A program made the position numbers and the translations under genes. A stretch of 64,000 nt of DNA from Candidatus Hydrogenedentota bacterium (GTDB lineage: Bacteria; Hydrogenedentota; Hydrogenedentia; Hydrogenedentales; SLHB01): NCBI GenBank assembly GCA_963668025.2, contig CAXXTH010000011.1, forward strand, positions 179,853 through 243,852. The letters run 5' to 3'. Under the pieces are notes generated by a model. That model ran no database searches. It was not told the DNA's origin and saw only the letters and a list, made by a program, of their open reading frames with translations. Shown in pieces: positions 10,181 through 21,091 of this stretch; the first letter of the stretch is position 1, and each line of letters opens with the position of its first letter.

Positions 10181-12248
10181 TTATTCAGATAGGGGAAACG
10201 TTGGCGGCGCATCTACTGAATCAAGCACGATCATGGCCTTTTGCCCCGCCATGACGCGTTCTCCGCCCGCGACGCGTTTAGACTGCTCCACGCCGCAAAT
10301 ATCATAAGGTGAGGTGCGGGCCGTATTGAGCCTAATGCGCCATTCACCAGGCGGTATGATGAAGGTGACTGGCTCAGTGGTAGGATTAAAGAGCATATAC
10401 AGCGCCACGCCAATATTTTCGCTCCCATCGATGCGGCAGGCGATGGCCAATTCCCCCGAGGCCCAATCTACATCCTTTCCCGCGGCGCTATACCAAAGCA
10501 AATCGGGATTCTGTCCGGTTTTCTTTGGCTGGCCCGTAAAAAAGGCCGTTCTCGAAAACACCGGATTGGCTTTCCGAAATCGGATGGTTTCTTTGCAGAA
10601 GCGGAACAGATCCGCATTCTTCTCAACCAGCCGCCAGTCTAGCCACGAGAGCTCGTTATCCTGGCAATAGGCGTTATTATTACCTAGCTTCGTGCGGTTA
10701 AATTCATCGCCGCTCAGCAACATAGGCACGCCCAGTGAACAGAACAGCGTGGCGATATAGCTTTTCTGAAGCCGCAGCCGAAGCGCTTGGATGATGGGGT
10801 CATCGGTCTCACCTTCCTCACCGCAGTTCCAGGAGTAGTTTTCATCCGCCCCATCACGGTTGTTTTCGCCATTCGCTTCATTATGTTTGCGGTTATAGGA
10901 CACGAGATCATGCAAAGTGAACCCATCATGGGCCGTGATGAAGTTAATGCTGTGCTGGGGCGTACGGCCATTATGCTGATATAAATCAGGGCTTCCTGTT
11001 ATGCGCCGGGCAAAATCGCCTTTCGCCCCTGCATCGCCCCGCCAAAAACGCCGCATGTCGTCGCGGTATCGTCCATTCCATTCCGCCCAGCGGCCGCGCC
11101 CAAATCCGCCTACTTGATATCCCCCCGCCAAATCCCATGGTTCTGCGATGATCTTCACATTGCGAAGCAGCGGGTCTTCCTCGATCCGCTGCACCAGCGG
11201 CGAATCCGCACTCAAAAGGCCATCGCGGTCCCGGTTCAGAATACACGCCAAATCAAAACGGAACCCGTCCACATCGAACTCCGCCACCCAATACCGCAGG
11301 CAATCCAGTATCAAATCGCTCATAACCGGATGGCTGCATTGCAGCGTATTGCCGCAGCCCGTCATATCGCGGTATTTGCCATCCGCCCCGACATAATAAT
11401 AGATAAGGTTGTCGATGCCGCGAAAGGATAGCGCAGGCTCCTTTTCCCCTTGTTCCGCTGAATGGTTAAAAACCACATCGAGAATCACTTCGATGCCCGC
11501 TTCATGAAAAGCATCGATCATCTCGCGAAATTCCGTGATCTGTGAACCGGGGCCGTCACCAACGGCATACCAGGCGTCCGGCGCGAAAAAACCAATGGGC
11601 TGGTATCCCCAATAATTGACCAAAGGCTTGCCCGTGAGGGGATCCTTCCGTTTGGGCATTTCGCGCTCGCCGCAATAATGAACCGGAAGCAATTCCACCG
11701 TGGTAACACCTAAGTCCAACAAATAAGGGATTTTTTCCCGGGCGGAACGAAATGTGCCCCCGAATGTGGCGTTTGAACTCGGATGGGCGGTCAGACCTTT
11801 TACATGAACTTCATACACAACTGTATCTTGAGGAGCCACCCGCATCCGGGAGACACGCGGCCTATCCAGGCGTTCGACTACCACGCAACGCATTTGGACG
11901 CTTCCCGCATTTCCCTCGATGGCCCGGGGCATAGGGATCAACCAGGTAACGTGAAGCATCATAAAAATGCCCGAATTGAGGCGATTTTGGCCCATCCATC
12001 CGATACATGTACAGAGCAGATGGCGCTAATCCTTTAACGAAAACCGTCCAGATGTCGCCCAAGCGGTGGATATCCGGCTCCAGCGCATATTCAATGGATG
12101 GTTTCTCTGCGCCAGGTTCGAAGAGAGCCAGCCACACCGCCGTGGCATGGCGGCTCACGACAGCGAATTGCACCCCGCCGTCCCGTATGCTCGCTCCCAG
12201 TGGCGAGGGCCTTCCTGGCAATAATTCAAGACGCTCCTTGGCAATCAT
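10181..12248 (-). CDS. glgX: Glycogen debranching enzyme (GH13 isoamylase), one apparent +1 frameshift near 11926
   Basis: Motifs 'GRPSPLGA', 'DPYA', 'VYEVHVKG', 'NYWGY', 'DVVFNH', 'DGFRFDLA', 'IAEPWD', 'HDGFTL', 'GNNNAYCQDN'. Removing one base of the 11926-11929 run joins 'DPYA-RAIEG'. Confidence 0.93.
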
Positions 12249-12287
12249 CCGCGCTTTCCTGCTCCTTTTTTTATTATTCACATGGCG

Positions 12288-13265
12288 CTAGGCCGAACGC
12301 ACGTGTTCACGGCTTTTAGCCAAGATGCGCAGCATCCAATCCAGATTCGCCAGCGCCGTCTCCCCGCCTGACACGCACCGGCCCACGAGGAACTCGCGGA
12401 TGAGCAAGCGCATCATATCGGGATATTCCACTTCTTCATCCGATGAGATGATTTTCGCGCTAAATTGCCCTTCCGCATCCCGCTGGGCATCCACGGCCAT
12501 TGAGAATCCATTAATCTCGAATCGGCGTACATTCGCGGGCTCTTGCGTCGTATTTTTACCGCAAACCTCACAAAATACGCGCCTTCCCAGTGCATTGATA
12601 ATCTCAAATTGCGCCGTGGCCTCATACCCGTGAAACTGCGTGCGGATCGTGTCTTCCACCAGCCGACCCATGGGAGCCAACTCCTGAAGCACACTCAGCG
12701 CATGTGGCGACAAATCGACCCAGGTGCGCTCCGGATCCGCCGGACGCCCTTTGGCGGGCGTTTCCAGGTGGCCCAGGTACAAGCGTATAGGCTCCACGCC
12801 GCGCGCATTATAAAAGAGTTCTCGGAACATATACGCTCCAAGCGAGTACTGCGTGCATAATCCTAGCAGTAAACTGTTCCGTGAAGCCAAATGGACAAGC
12901 TCTTGCGCCTGCTCCCGCAATGCATCATGCGGCAAGGCGGAATCGTACACGAATGGCTTTTCACACAGCACATGGCTTCCGGCATCAAGGGCTTTCCGGA
13001 CATGGGCGTAATGGAATGGGGGAGGCGAGCACACATCCACGATATGCGGTTTCTCTTCCTCGAGCATTTCATCGCAATCCGTGTAGCCTTTCGCCTCAAT
13101 GCCATAGCTCTCATGGAGCATTTCACGCGTCTTCGCCACTGATTCCGCGGTGGTTCCCACGAACGCACACACATGCGCCCCTTCCACCCGCCACCAATTC
13201 GCATGAAACCGCCCAATCCCGCGCGCGCCAACTACCGCTACTTTCGTTTCCGAATTCGGGTTCAT
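12288..13265 (-). CDS. Gfo/Idh/MocA family oxidoreductase
   Basis: Rossmann motif 'VAVVGARGIG' and 'HVLCEKP'. Confidence 0.88.
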   Translation of the reverse strand: MNPNSETKVAVVGARGIGRFHANWWRVEGAHVCAFVGTTAESVAKTREMLHESYGIEAKGYTDCDEMLEEEKPHIVDVCSPPPFHYAHVRKALDAGSHVLCEKPFVYDSALPHDALREQAQELVHLASRNSLLLGLCTQYSLGAYMFRELFYNARGVEPIRLYLGHLETPAKGRPADPERTWVDLSPHALSVLQELAPMGRLVEDTIRTQFHGYEATAQFEIINALGRRVFCEVCGKNTTQEPANVRRFEINGFSMAVDAQRDAEGQFSAKIISSDEEVEYPDMMRLLIREFLVGRCVSGGETALANLDWMLRILAKSREHVRSA

Positions 13266-14218
13266 AAATATTCTTCGTCCTCTTCGGTAAAGCTTTCGTT
13301 GTCTGCACTGTCAAATGCGCCAGATTCGACGTCTTCTTCAGCCCCGTCTTCCTCGTCCCATCGCGCGAAAATAACGGACTCCAGGCGTTGCTTGCGCATA
13401 TACGCCAGTATGGCCAGCACAGCCATAATTTGGAATAATCCGAATCCAGAGATAATCCAGAATACCACACTGTATTTCCAGAGTGAACCGCGCCATGCCT
13501 CGAAAAAATCGGGCGGATTCAAGTGGGCGTGAAGCCGCATGGCGTCGCCGAAAGACATCTCCCGCTGCGCGCGCACCACCGTCCAAAAGGTATCGTCTCC
13601 AAGAGCATCCCTCAGATATATCGTCATCAAGAGGCTTTGGGCGTAGGCGTCGCCAAATTCTTCCGCTTCGCCAGGTTCGCGCATGAAATACACCATATCA
13701 CGGTAAGGGATGATGCGCCCCTGCAATTGCATCTGCGCTACCCGGAGCACGCTATTCCAGCGATTCTCCTTCGAAAGAATCATGGCGATGCCCTCATTCA
13801 GCCAGCGCGGGAGGTGGTCTTCATTCGTGTTGCGCGCGAGCAGGACATGCGCCAATTCATGGCGCAGCACCCCCGTGAAGTCGCCAGGCGATTGGATCAA
13901 ACGCGGCGCTTTCACGACAATGAGCCCTTTATCGGGCCGCGCGATGCCGCTTACATTCGGAACGCCATACGCGCCCGCGCGCCGCTCGAATTCGGCGGTA
14001 TTCGTACAGATGATTATGCGGATAGGCGTATCGCCCGCAGGCAGTTGGGAGGCAAATTCGGCGGTGCCTTGTTCCACGATGGCCAAGGCGTCCCGCGCCG
14101 TCGAGGCGTCCCGGGGAGCATATTGAATCTGAAACAAACCTTGGGCCAGCACATCGCCCAGCGCATGCCCGGCCAGCAGCAAGAAAATAGCGAGCCACAT
14201 CCAATGGAAGCTCCGCAT
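13262..14218 (-). CDS. Peptidase MA-like zinc metallopeptidase with signal peptide and C-terminal TM anchor
   Basis: Motifs 'LRHELAH', 'PRWLNEGIA', 'AYAQS'. ATG 14218 lies just after the addA stop. Confidence 0.82.
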   Translation of the reverse strand: MRSFHWMWLAIFLLLAGHALGDVLAQGLFQIQYAPRDASTARDALAIVEQGTAEFASQLPAGDTPIRIIICTNTAEFERRAGAYGVPNVSGIARPDKGLIVVKAPRLIQSPGDFTGVLRHELAHVLLARNTNEDHLPRWLNEGIAMILSKENRWNSVLRVAQMQLQGRIIPYRDMVYFMREPGEAEEFGDAYAQSLLMTIYLRDALGDDTFWTVVRAQREMSFGDAMRLHAHLNPPDFFEAWRGSLWKYSVVFWIISGFGLFQIMAVLAILAYMRKQRLESVIFARWDEEDGAEEDVESGAFDSADNESFTEEDEEYL

Positions 14219-14222
14219 GGCC

Positions 14223-17200
14223 TTATTCAAGCGCCACGGAACGTAATTCGGGCCTAAGCGTTGCAATCGACTCCTCCGCGCGGACACGGGTGGATTCCAG
14301 CCAGGCGCCATCCACCGCCACTTCATACGCCGCGCCGGAATCAATGTAGCACAAATGCGCCAATGGCGGCGCTTGGCCGCGCAAGCGCAGCAACGCCAGC
14401 GCGTACAGCCGGATCTGCCATTCATACACGGCCTGGGCCTGTGGCTGCGGCTGGCCTGTTTTATAGTCCGCCAGGCTCCCATCGGAGAACAGCACGTCAA
14501 TCGCACCGGTGACTACCGCCATATCCAGCCGAAACGCGAACGGCTGCTCGCGCACGGCATTCGGCTCCGCCACCAAGCGCTGGCCCATGGGGCGTCGCGC
14601 GGAATTGTTCCGCCCGATCCAGCAAATAGGGCTCCAATGCCCGCCGCATGGCCAAGGCGGGGCACAAGCGGTGCAGCACCCGCTGGACCACTGGTGCGGC
14701 GTTGGATGCAAAATCCCACTCCTGAAACACCGTGTGGAGCGCCGTTCCCCGTAAGGCAGGGTCGATGTCCAATCCTCCATGCGGGGCCGGAATGGGGGAG
14801 GGGGGCATCCATAGGCGCATCATCCCGTGCCATGGCCTTGGCCAGCACGTTCACCGGAATACGTGTGCATGGGGCCGCCGCTAGGTGGATTGGGGCTATG
14901 CGCTGGCGCAATACTTCAAAAGGCGGATGCTCCGCTGGCGCGGATTCCGCTGTCGCACCTGCTGATTCCGGGATTTGCCGCCGCACCAGGGCCTCCCAGC
15001 CTTCTCCGCGAATGCGCCGCTCCTCTTCCGAACCAACAACGTGATAAACCTGCTCGAAAGACTCCATAAGGGTATTCGCCTGTCTTTCCGGCGCGCCGCT
15101 GAGGATGAGCCAGTCGCGCACGCGGGTCATGGCGACATATAGCAGGCGCGCCGCCTCGGCTTTTTCTTTTCGGGACTCCTGGCGCGCTATGAGCTGAAGT
15201 AGCGCAGGCTTTGCCGATTCGCCAGACTCATCTTGAATAGACGTGCAAAGGCCCGCTCGCCGCTCCACCGCCAGCCGCGCGCCAGCCCCGCGCTGGCCTG
15301 CGCGCGCCAGGTCGGGCACGCAGACAATCGGAAATTCCAGCCCTTTTGCTTTGTGGATGGTCATCAACGTTACGGCGCGGGAATCCGCGTCATAGGCGGC
15401 TTCGCCCTCCCGCACCTCCGACGCGCCTATTTCTTCGAGATACCGCACGAACGCCGGCAAACTGGCGCGGCCGGTTTGCGTAAACGCCAAAGCGAGGTCT
15501 ATCAGCTTGCGGACATTCAATGCGCGCTGCACACCCATATGCTGCGAAAGGGCCAGCGCTTCATATTGCGTGCGCTCGATAATGCGCCGTATCAGCGCGG
15601 GCAGGGGCAAATCTGTTTCAGTACGCAGTGCCGCAATCAGCGTCCGCGCCGCCGCTAGGGCGTCCGCCTCGGAAAATCCCTCCGGCGGCCCCTGCTGGAA
15701 CGCCGACACCAAGCTCCCGCTCGAGGCAAGCTCTACGAGGGCGTTATCAGACAGCCCCGCGATAGGCCCTCGCAAAAAAGCGGCGAGGATCATCTCATCC
15801 ATGGGATTCACGAGGACATGCAGCAAGTTCACGATATCCATGACTTCCTGCCGCGCGTAATATCCCACGCCCGCCACCACTTGGTAAGGCACGCCTTGTT
15901 CGCGCAACGCGCGCTCGTACACCGGCACATCCGAAAAGGCCCGGAACAACATGGCCACGTCGCCATAATCCGCCGCACGCATGCCGCCATCTTTCGCGCC
16001 CACCATCACCGGCTCGGAGCCGCCGCACATCGCCGCGATACGCCGGGCCAGCAGGCCCGCCTCGGCGGCGCGATACTCATCCAGATTCGCCGAAACACCT
16101 TCCTTCTGCATCAACTGCGGAATGATGAATTCCACCCGGCAAGCCTCCGGCGCTTCCCGGCTGGGGGCCATGGGATGATACGGCTCCTCGACGGCGGCCA
16201 GCAGCCCCGTGCGCTTGAAGAAATCATTGATGAAGTGGATGAGCGGAGCCACGGTGCGGTAATTGCAATCGAGGTGAATGGCGCGCCCGCCTCCATGTTC
16301 CTGGACATCATGAAAAACCTCGACTTCCGCGCCGCGAAAACGGTAGATGGACTGCTTCGCGTCGCCCACGATAAAGACACGCAGCTCGGGGCGGGCCTTT
16401 TGCAGCAGCCGGGCGATTTCATACTGGTCAGGATCCGTGTCCTGAAACTCGTCCATCAGCAAATGGGATATGCCCCGCGCTAAGCGGTTGCGGACGCCTT
16501 CGTTATCGCGCAACACCACGACGGCATGGCGGATCAAATCGTTATAATCCAGCACCGTGCGCGCGCTCTTCGCCTCTTCATACGCCGCCAGTACGCAGCG
16601 GAAGACATGGTGCAGATCGCAGGTAAGCTGCGCCGCCTCGAATTCCAGTTCATCGGAAATAGAGGTGAGCTGATAAGATTTGGCGATCTCCCGGAGCCGT
16701 TCCTGCAAGTCTTTGGCGTCATCATAAACCAATGCGGATTCCCAGTTTGCCCGCAGAGATCGACCGGGCACTTTTTGCGCCAGTTGTTCCAGCAGCGCAT
16801 CGAAAGCTTCCAGCTCCGGTTTTTCGGCAAACTGCCGCAGGCCGCCGAGCATGATCTTACGCAAGACCTCCCGGCCGTCGCCGCCTTTATTGCAATACCC
16901 TTCGATGGCGGCCAGGCGTCCCGTAATATCTTCAACTTCCGCGTCCTTGCGAAAGGCCTCCATGTCTTCCATCCGCAAGGCTTCGGCGCGCTCCCGCCAA
17001 ACGGCGCGCAGGGCGTTCGCATTATCTAGCGGCAATCCCGAAGCCGCCGCTTCGAGCATGGCCGCTTTCCGCACCCATTTGGTTGTTTCACCGATCAGCG
17101 CATTCGTGCGCAACTCCGTCGCGGCGCGCAAAGCGGCTTTATCATCGTTCGCAAGCAATTCATGAACCGTTTCCGCCACCACTTCGTCCAATAGCAGAAA

Positions 17201-17593
17201 GCTCTCCGCCTCCGAGAGCAGCGCGAAATCGGGGTCCACGCCAATAGCCAGGGCGTTTTCACGCAAGATCGAGGCGCAGAACGAATGGATGGTGCTGATG
17301 CGCGCGCTCTCGATGCACCGGGCGATGCCGCGCCAGCGCTCCATCACCTGCGCGTCCTCGTGGGATTCCTTCTCACGGCACTTGGCACGCAGGCGCTCGC
17401 GCATCTCCGCCGCCGCCGCGTCCGTGAAGGTGATGGCCACGATCTCTTCCAGCGGCGCATTTTCCGTTTCCAGGATCCGCGCGATGCGCTCGATCAACAC
17501 GCTCGTCTTGCCCGAACCCGCCGCCGCGATCACGCACAGATTTTCATCTAGCGTCGAAATGGCTTCTAGCTGCCCTGGATTCCACGTCGTCAT
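14223..17593 (-). CDS. addA: AddA-like UvrD helicase with C-terminal PD-(D/E)XK nuclease; two apparent +1 frameshifts (near 14800 and 14590)
   Basis: Helicase motifs 'AAAGSGKT', 'ITFT', 'STIHSF', 'DEFQD', 'VGDAKQSIYRFRGA', 'TIHKAKGLEF', 'LLYVAMTR'. The nuclease ('RGTALH', 'GAIDVL', 'DYKTG', 'QIRLY') continues in two other frames across G/C runs. Confidence 0.88.
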
Positions 17594-17615
17594 TACAAGA
17601 CCTTACGAGTAGTTT

Positions 17616-17889
17616 TTGACCACAAAATACACCAAACACACGCAAAATGTAGGGTGGGGCTTGCCCCACCGTTCAAAGCGGCACCCTTTCTATTCGCATC
17701 ATTTCCCATCTGTACTACTAACGAACAAAATCTTGTTTTCTTGCGAAGATTTTCTATGTAAGTCAAACTAAATCAATTTGTTATAGTATACATCTTCTAT
17801 GATGTTTTGGTTGGCTCTTCCTTTGACTGGTGGGGCAAGCCCCACCCTACGCTTTATATTTTAGTGTAATTAGTGTATTTCGTGGTTAA
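17616..17889. repeat. Nested REPIN-like element: inner perfect 22-bp GTAG-type REP pair inside an outer ~32-bp imperfect inverted repeat
   Basis: Inner pair GTAGGGTGGGGCTTGCCCCACC (17649-17670) and GGTGGGGCAAGCCCCACCCTAC (17829-17850). Outer left arm 'ttgaccacaaaatacaccaaacacacgcaaaat'; reverse complement of right arm 'ttaaccacgaaatacactaattacactaaaat'. Confidence 0.85.
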
Positions 17890-20800
17890 AATCCGGATCC
17901 TTGGTTGCGGCTTTGCAGCGCTAGGTCATCAGCGTCATCCGTGGATCGGAAACCATCACCACCCAACATCTCGCGCTTGCGTTCGACACGCCCCCGTTCA
18001 TACCGGCACACGCGCCGGGCGGGACAGTGCTTGCAGGCCTCTTTTTCAGGAGTGGGAGGGAAGAATCCCCCGCGTATGCCGCTTAGCACACGCTCGACGG
18101 CGGCGACAGCGCTCTCCATTGCGGGCAGGCTTTTTTCATCCGCGCAAACTAAAACACATTTCTTCGGCTTCACGCCAAGCTGGATATATCCCGCTTCGGC
18201 GCATGCCTCATCTTCGGCCAAATGCCGTTCGAGGGCCATCACATAAATCGGCAATTGGACGGATTTCCCCGTTTTGATGGCATTTCCCGATGGCGGCTCG
18301 CCGGTTTTGTAATCCACGACCCGCAGTCCCGCGTCCGAGCGGTCAATGCGGTCAATCTTGCCGCTGAAGCGCACTTCGCCCTGCGCGGTTTCCAGTTTGA
18401 ATGGCTCCGGCGTGTTCCAGTCGTCGTGGGAGCGGTCCTGCACTCTCCCGAAAGAGACCTCGAAATGCTCCGGCTTCCACGCAGCGTCCCCAGCTTCCAT
18501 TTCCCAATGCACATACCGCTCCAGCAGGCGGGCCAGCGATTGCCGCTCGGCCTCGAGCACACCCCGCAAGATGCGCGGAGCGCGCCGCGTCAATTCCGCC
18601 ATCAGACGATCCGCTTCGGCGCACAGCAAGGCGTCCGCATGGGAGATCTCGGCAATGGCGAGTCCGCGATGGGCCTCATGGAACGCATGCAGGGCTTCAT
18701 GGGCGATCCGCCCGCGCTCCCGCGCGTCAAACTCCGCCACGGGCTCCTCAATCTCCTCGATGCCCAGCACACGCTGCACGAAAAAGCGGAAGGGGCAATC
18801 CAGATAGGTCTCGATCTGTTCGACGCTATACGCATGGCTTTCGGAAAACCGTTCCCGCACCCGCGCCGCGCCCGTTTGGTCCAACACGCCGTCAAAACAG
18901 CCAAATGGGCCGTTGTTACGCCGTTCCTGCTCCATGCGGATGCCGGTGGGCAATCCAGAAACGATGTCCGCGCCCCAATCGGCCAGCGGCCAGCGGCGGG
19001 ATACGGCGGCGGCAGCCAAATCGCGCGGCATGGCCAGATTTTCCAGCGCGGGCGCAATGGCGTCTTCCGAGGTAATCCGCTGTTCAACGCACTGCCCGCC
19101 GAACAGGCGCAGCAAATCGATCAAATAGGGGCTTCTCCGGCGTTCTTTGCCATCCGGCCCTGCCGTTTGCCAGCTCACGAATAATTCTTTTTCCGCCGCG
19201 GCCACGGCATGCAGAAACAGCGCCAGCTCCCGGTCGCCCTGGGCTTGCCTCGAATCCAGCGGCACGCCCGCCGCCTCGAAGTCGCGCGCGTCCTCTTCCG
19301 AGTAGATCGCGTTCACCCGGGGCGCACGCGGCCATTCACCCTCGTTCAACCCGGCAATGAACACATACGGTGCGCGCAGATTACGCATGCCGGAGGCATC
19401 GACACATCGCACGCCCTCTTCCGGCTGGGGGATGGAATAGGCCTCACCGCGCATGCCCTGCCGAAGCAGCGCCAGAAAATCACGGCGCGCCAGGGGCGTA
19501 TCCTGGCCTTCATGCCAAGCATGGAGCATTCCCAATGTATTATGCAGTTCCTTGAGCGCGGCGGACTCCGCCGTGCGCACGGCTTCATTCGGATGGGTGG
19601 CCGCCGCCGCATCCAGCCCGCATCCCTCTATGAACAATTCCAGCGCCTCGATGAAGGCGCATGCCGTGGCCTGGACCGGAATGGCTTGGGCCAACTGGTT
19701 CAGACGCTCGAACCGCTGCCGCACCGCCGCGACCGCTTCCACGGCATCGGGCAGACGCCGCGCCTGCCGTGTGAGGGTGATCTCCCGTCCTTCAGCCAGC
19801 AAGGATGCCAGCCGCTCCAGGCCATATTGCCAGTCGCCCGCACCCTCCAATATGCCCGAAAGCCGCGCCACGACCGGCGCGGCGGATAGGAGCCGGCCTT
19901 CCGTTTCATCGGCGGGCGGCAGCCACGGCGACGCCAGCAACGCGGCGGTTTCCTCGCGCGGCCAGCGCTCGATGGCTTCCAGGAATTGGAGCAGAAACGC
20001 GCACGCCGCGCTTTCAGTCAAGCGTGGTTTGTGGGCAATGCGTATCGGGATCCCACATTCCGCGAACACGGGCCGCACGAGCGCCGCCGCCTGCTCCAGA
20101 TTGCGGTACGCCAGCACGATATCGCCCGCCTGCACCCCTTCATCGAGCAGCAGCGCCTTGATGCGCCGGGCGATATACTCCGCCTCCTGCACGGCGCCGG
20201 AACAGGCCGCCGCCGAGACGTTCATCCGGCAGCCATTTGGCGTTTGGGGCGCGCCACGCCATAACAGGTATTGGGCGGCGAATTGCGAAGTGGTGGCGGG
20301 GTCTGGCGGCTCGAACGCCGCATGCGCGGCGTCCAATTGTTGCGCCAGCATGCGGGCTGCCCGCCCTTGGATGGCGAATAAATCGCGCCTGTCTGGGTGG
20401 TCATCGTAATTGAGGCCAACCGCCAATTCGTCCACATGCTCCCGCAAGGCGGCCAGCAGGCGCATCTCCGACGGCGTGAAATCATCAAAACCGTCCAGGG
20501 CCAGCAACGAGACGCCTTCCAAATACGCGGGCCGCCGTTCCCGACAAATCAGCCATGCCTCCCAGAACAAGCCAATACGGTCATAAAAGCCCCCATCGCG
20601 CAGCACGCATTGATAGGCGTCATAAATGGCCGCTAAGAGGAGATCAAGGGAGGAGCCATGCCTGCGCTGCGCCGCCCGCTCGCGAAACGCATCCGGCTCG
20701 ACGGCGGCTTGTTTCAGATTTTCGATCACGCGCAGCGCATGGGACAGAAAACCTTCCGTCTCCGCCGCACGGCCCAAAGCCTTCAGCGCCCCCGTAGCGC

Positions 20801-21089
20801 GTACTACATCCACCGCGCGCTTGAGCGCTAGGCGTCGCTCGATGTCGGACAACACCACGGGCCGGACGCCTTCCGCTTCCAGCAGGCGTTCGACGAAGCG
20901 GCCAAATTCCAGCACCGGCTCGCCCCATGCCCCCGGACACGATTCCAGCAACGCATCCATGCGCCGCGTGGCGGCGGCTTGCGTGGGGAGGATAAGCAGG
21001 GCATGGCCCCAGTGTTCCTGGAGTTGGCGGTCGATATAAAGACTGCGCGCTGAACCGGGAGGTCCTGCCAATAGCCGCGCGCGGCCCAT
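17886..21089 (-). CDS. addB: AddB-like inactive-helicase / PD-(D/E)XK nuclease subunit with Fe-S cysteines
   Basis: Degenerate Walker A 'GPPGSARS', 'LDGFDDFT', 'YLDCPFRFF', 'GKIDRID', 'VDYKTG', 'QLPIY', 'CKHCPARRVC'. Lies directly upstream of addA. Confidence 0.85.
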   Translation of the reverse strand: MGRARLLAGPPGSARSLYIDRQLQEHWGHALLILPTQAAATRRMDALLESCPGAWGEPVLEFGRFVERLLEAEGVRPVVLSDIERRLALKRAVDVVRATGALKALGRAAETEGFLSHALRVIENLKQAAVEPDAFRERAAQRRHGSSLDLLLAAIYDAYQCVLRDGGFYDRIGLFWEAWLICRERRPAYLEGVSLLALDGFDDFTPSEMRLLAALREHVDELAVGLNYDDHPDRRDLFAIQGRAARMLAQQLDAAHAAFEPPDPATTSQFAAQYLLWRGAPQTPNGCRMNVSAAACSGAVQEAEYIARRIKALLLDEGVQAGDIVLAYRNLEQAAALVRPVFAECGIPIRIAHKPRLTESAACAFLLQFLEAIERWPREETAALLASPWLPPADETEGRLLSAAPVVARLSGILEGAGDWQYGLERLASLLAEGREITLTRQARRLPDAVEAVAAVRQRFERLNQLAQAIPVQATACAFIEALELFIEGCGLDAAAATHPNEAVRTAESAALKELHNTLGMLHAWHEGQDTPLARRDFLALLRQGMRGEAYSIPQPEEGVRCVDASGMRNLRAPYVFIAGLNEGEWPRAPRVNAIYSEEDARDFEAAGVPLDSRQAQGDRELALFLHAVAAAEKELFVSWQTAGPDGKERRRSPYLIDLLRLFGGQCVEQRITSEDAIAPALENLAMPRDLAAAAVSRRWPLADWGADIVSGLPTGIRMEQERRNNGPFGCFDGVLDQTGAARVRERFSESHAYSVEQIETYLDCPFRFFVQRVLGIEEIEEPVAEFDARERGRIAHEALHAFHEAHRGLAIAEISHADALLCAEADRLMAELTRRAPRILRGVLEAERQSLARLLERYVHWEMEAGDAAWKPEHFEVSFGRVQDRSHDDWNTPEPFKLETAQGEVRFSGKIDRIDRSDAGLRVVDYKTGEPPSGNAIKTGKSVQLPIYVMALERHLAEDEACAEAGYIQLGVKPKKCVLVCADEKSLPAMESAVAAVERVLSGIRGGFFPPTPEKEACKHCPARRVCRYERGRVERKREMLGGDGFRSTDDADDLALQSRNQGSGF

Positions 21090-21091
21090 GG

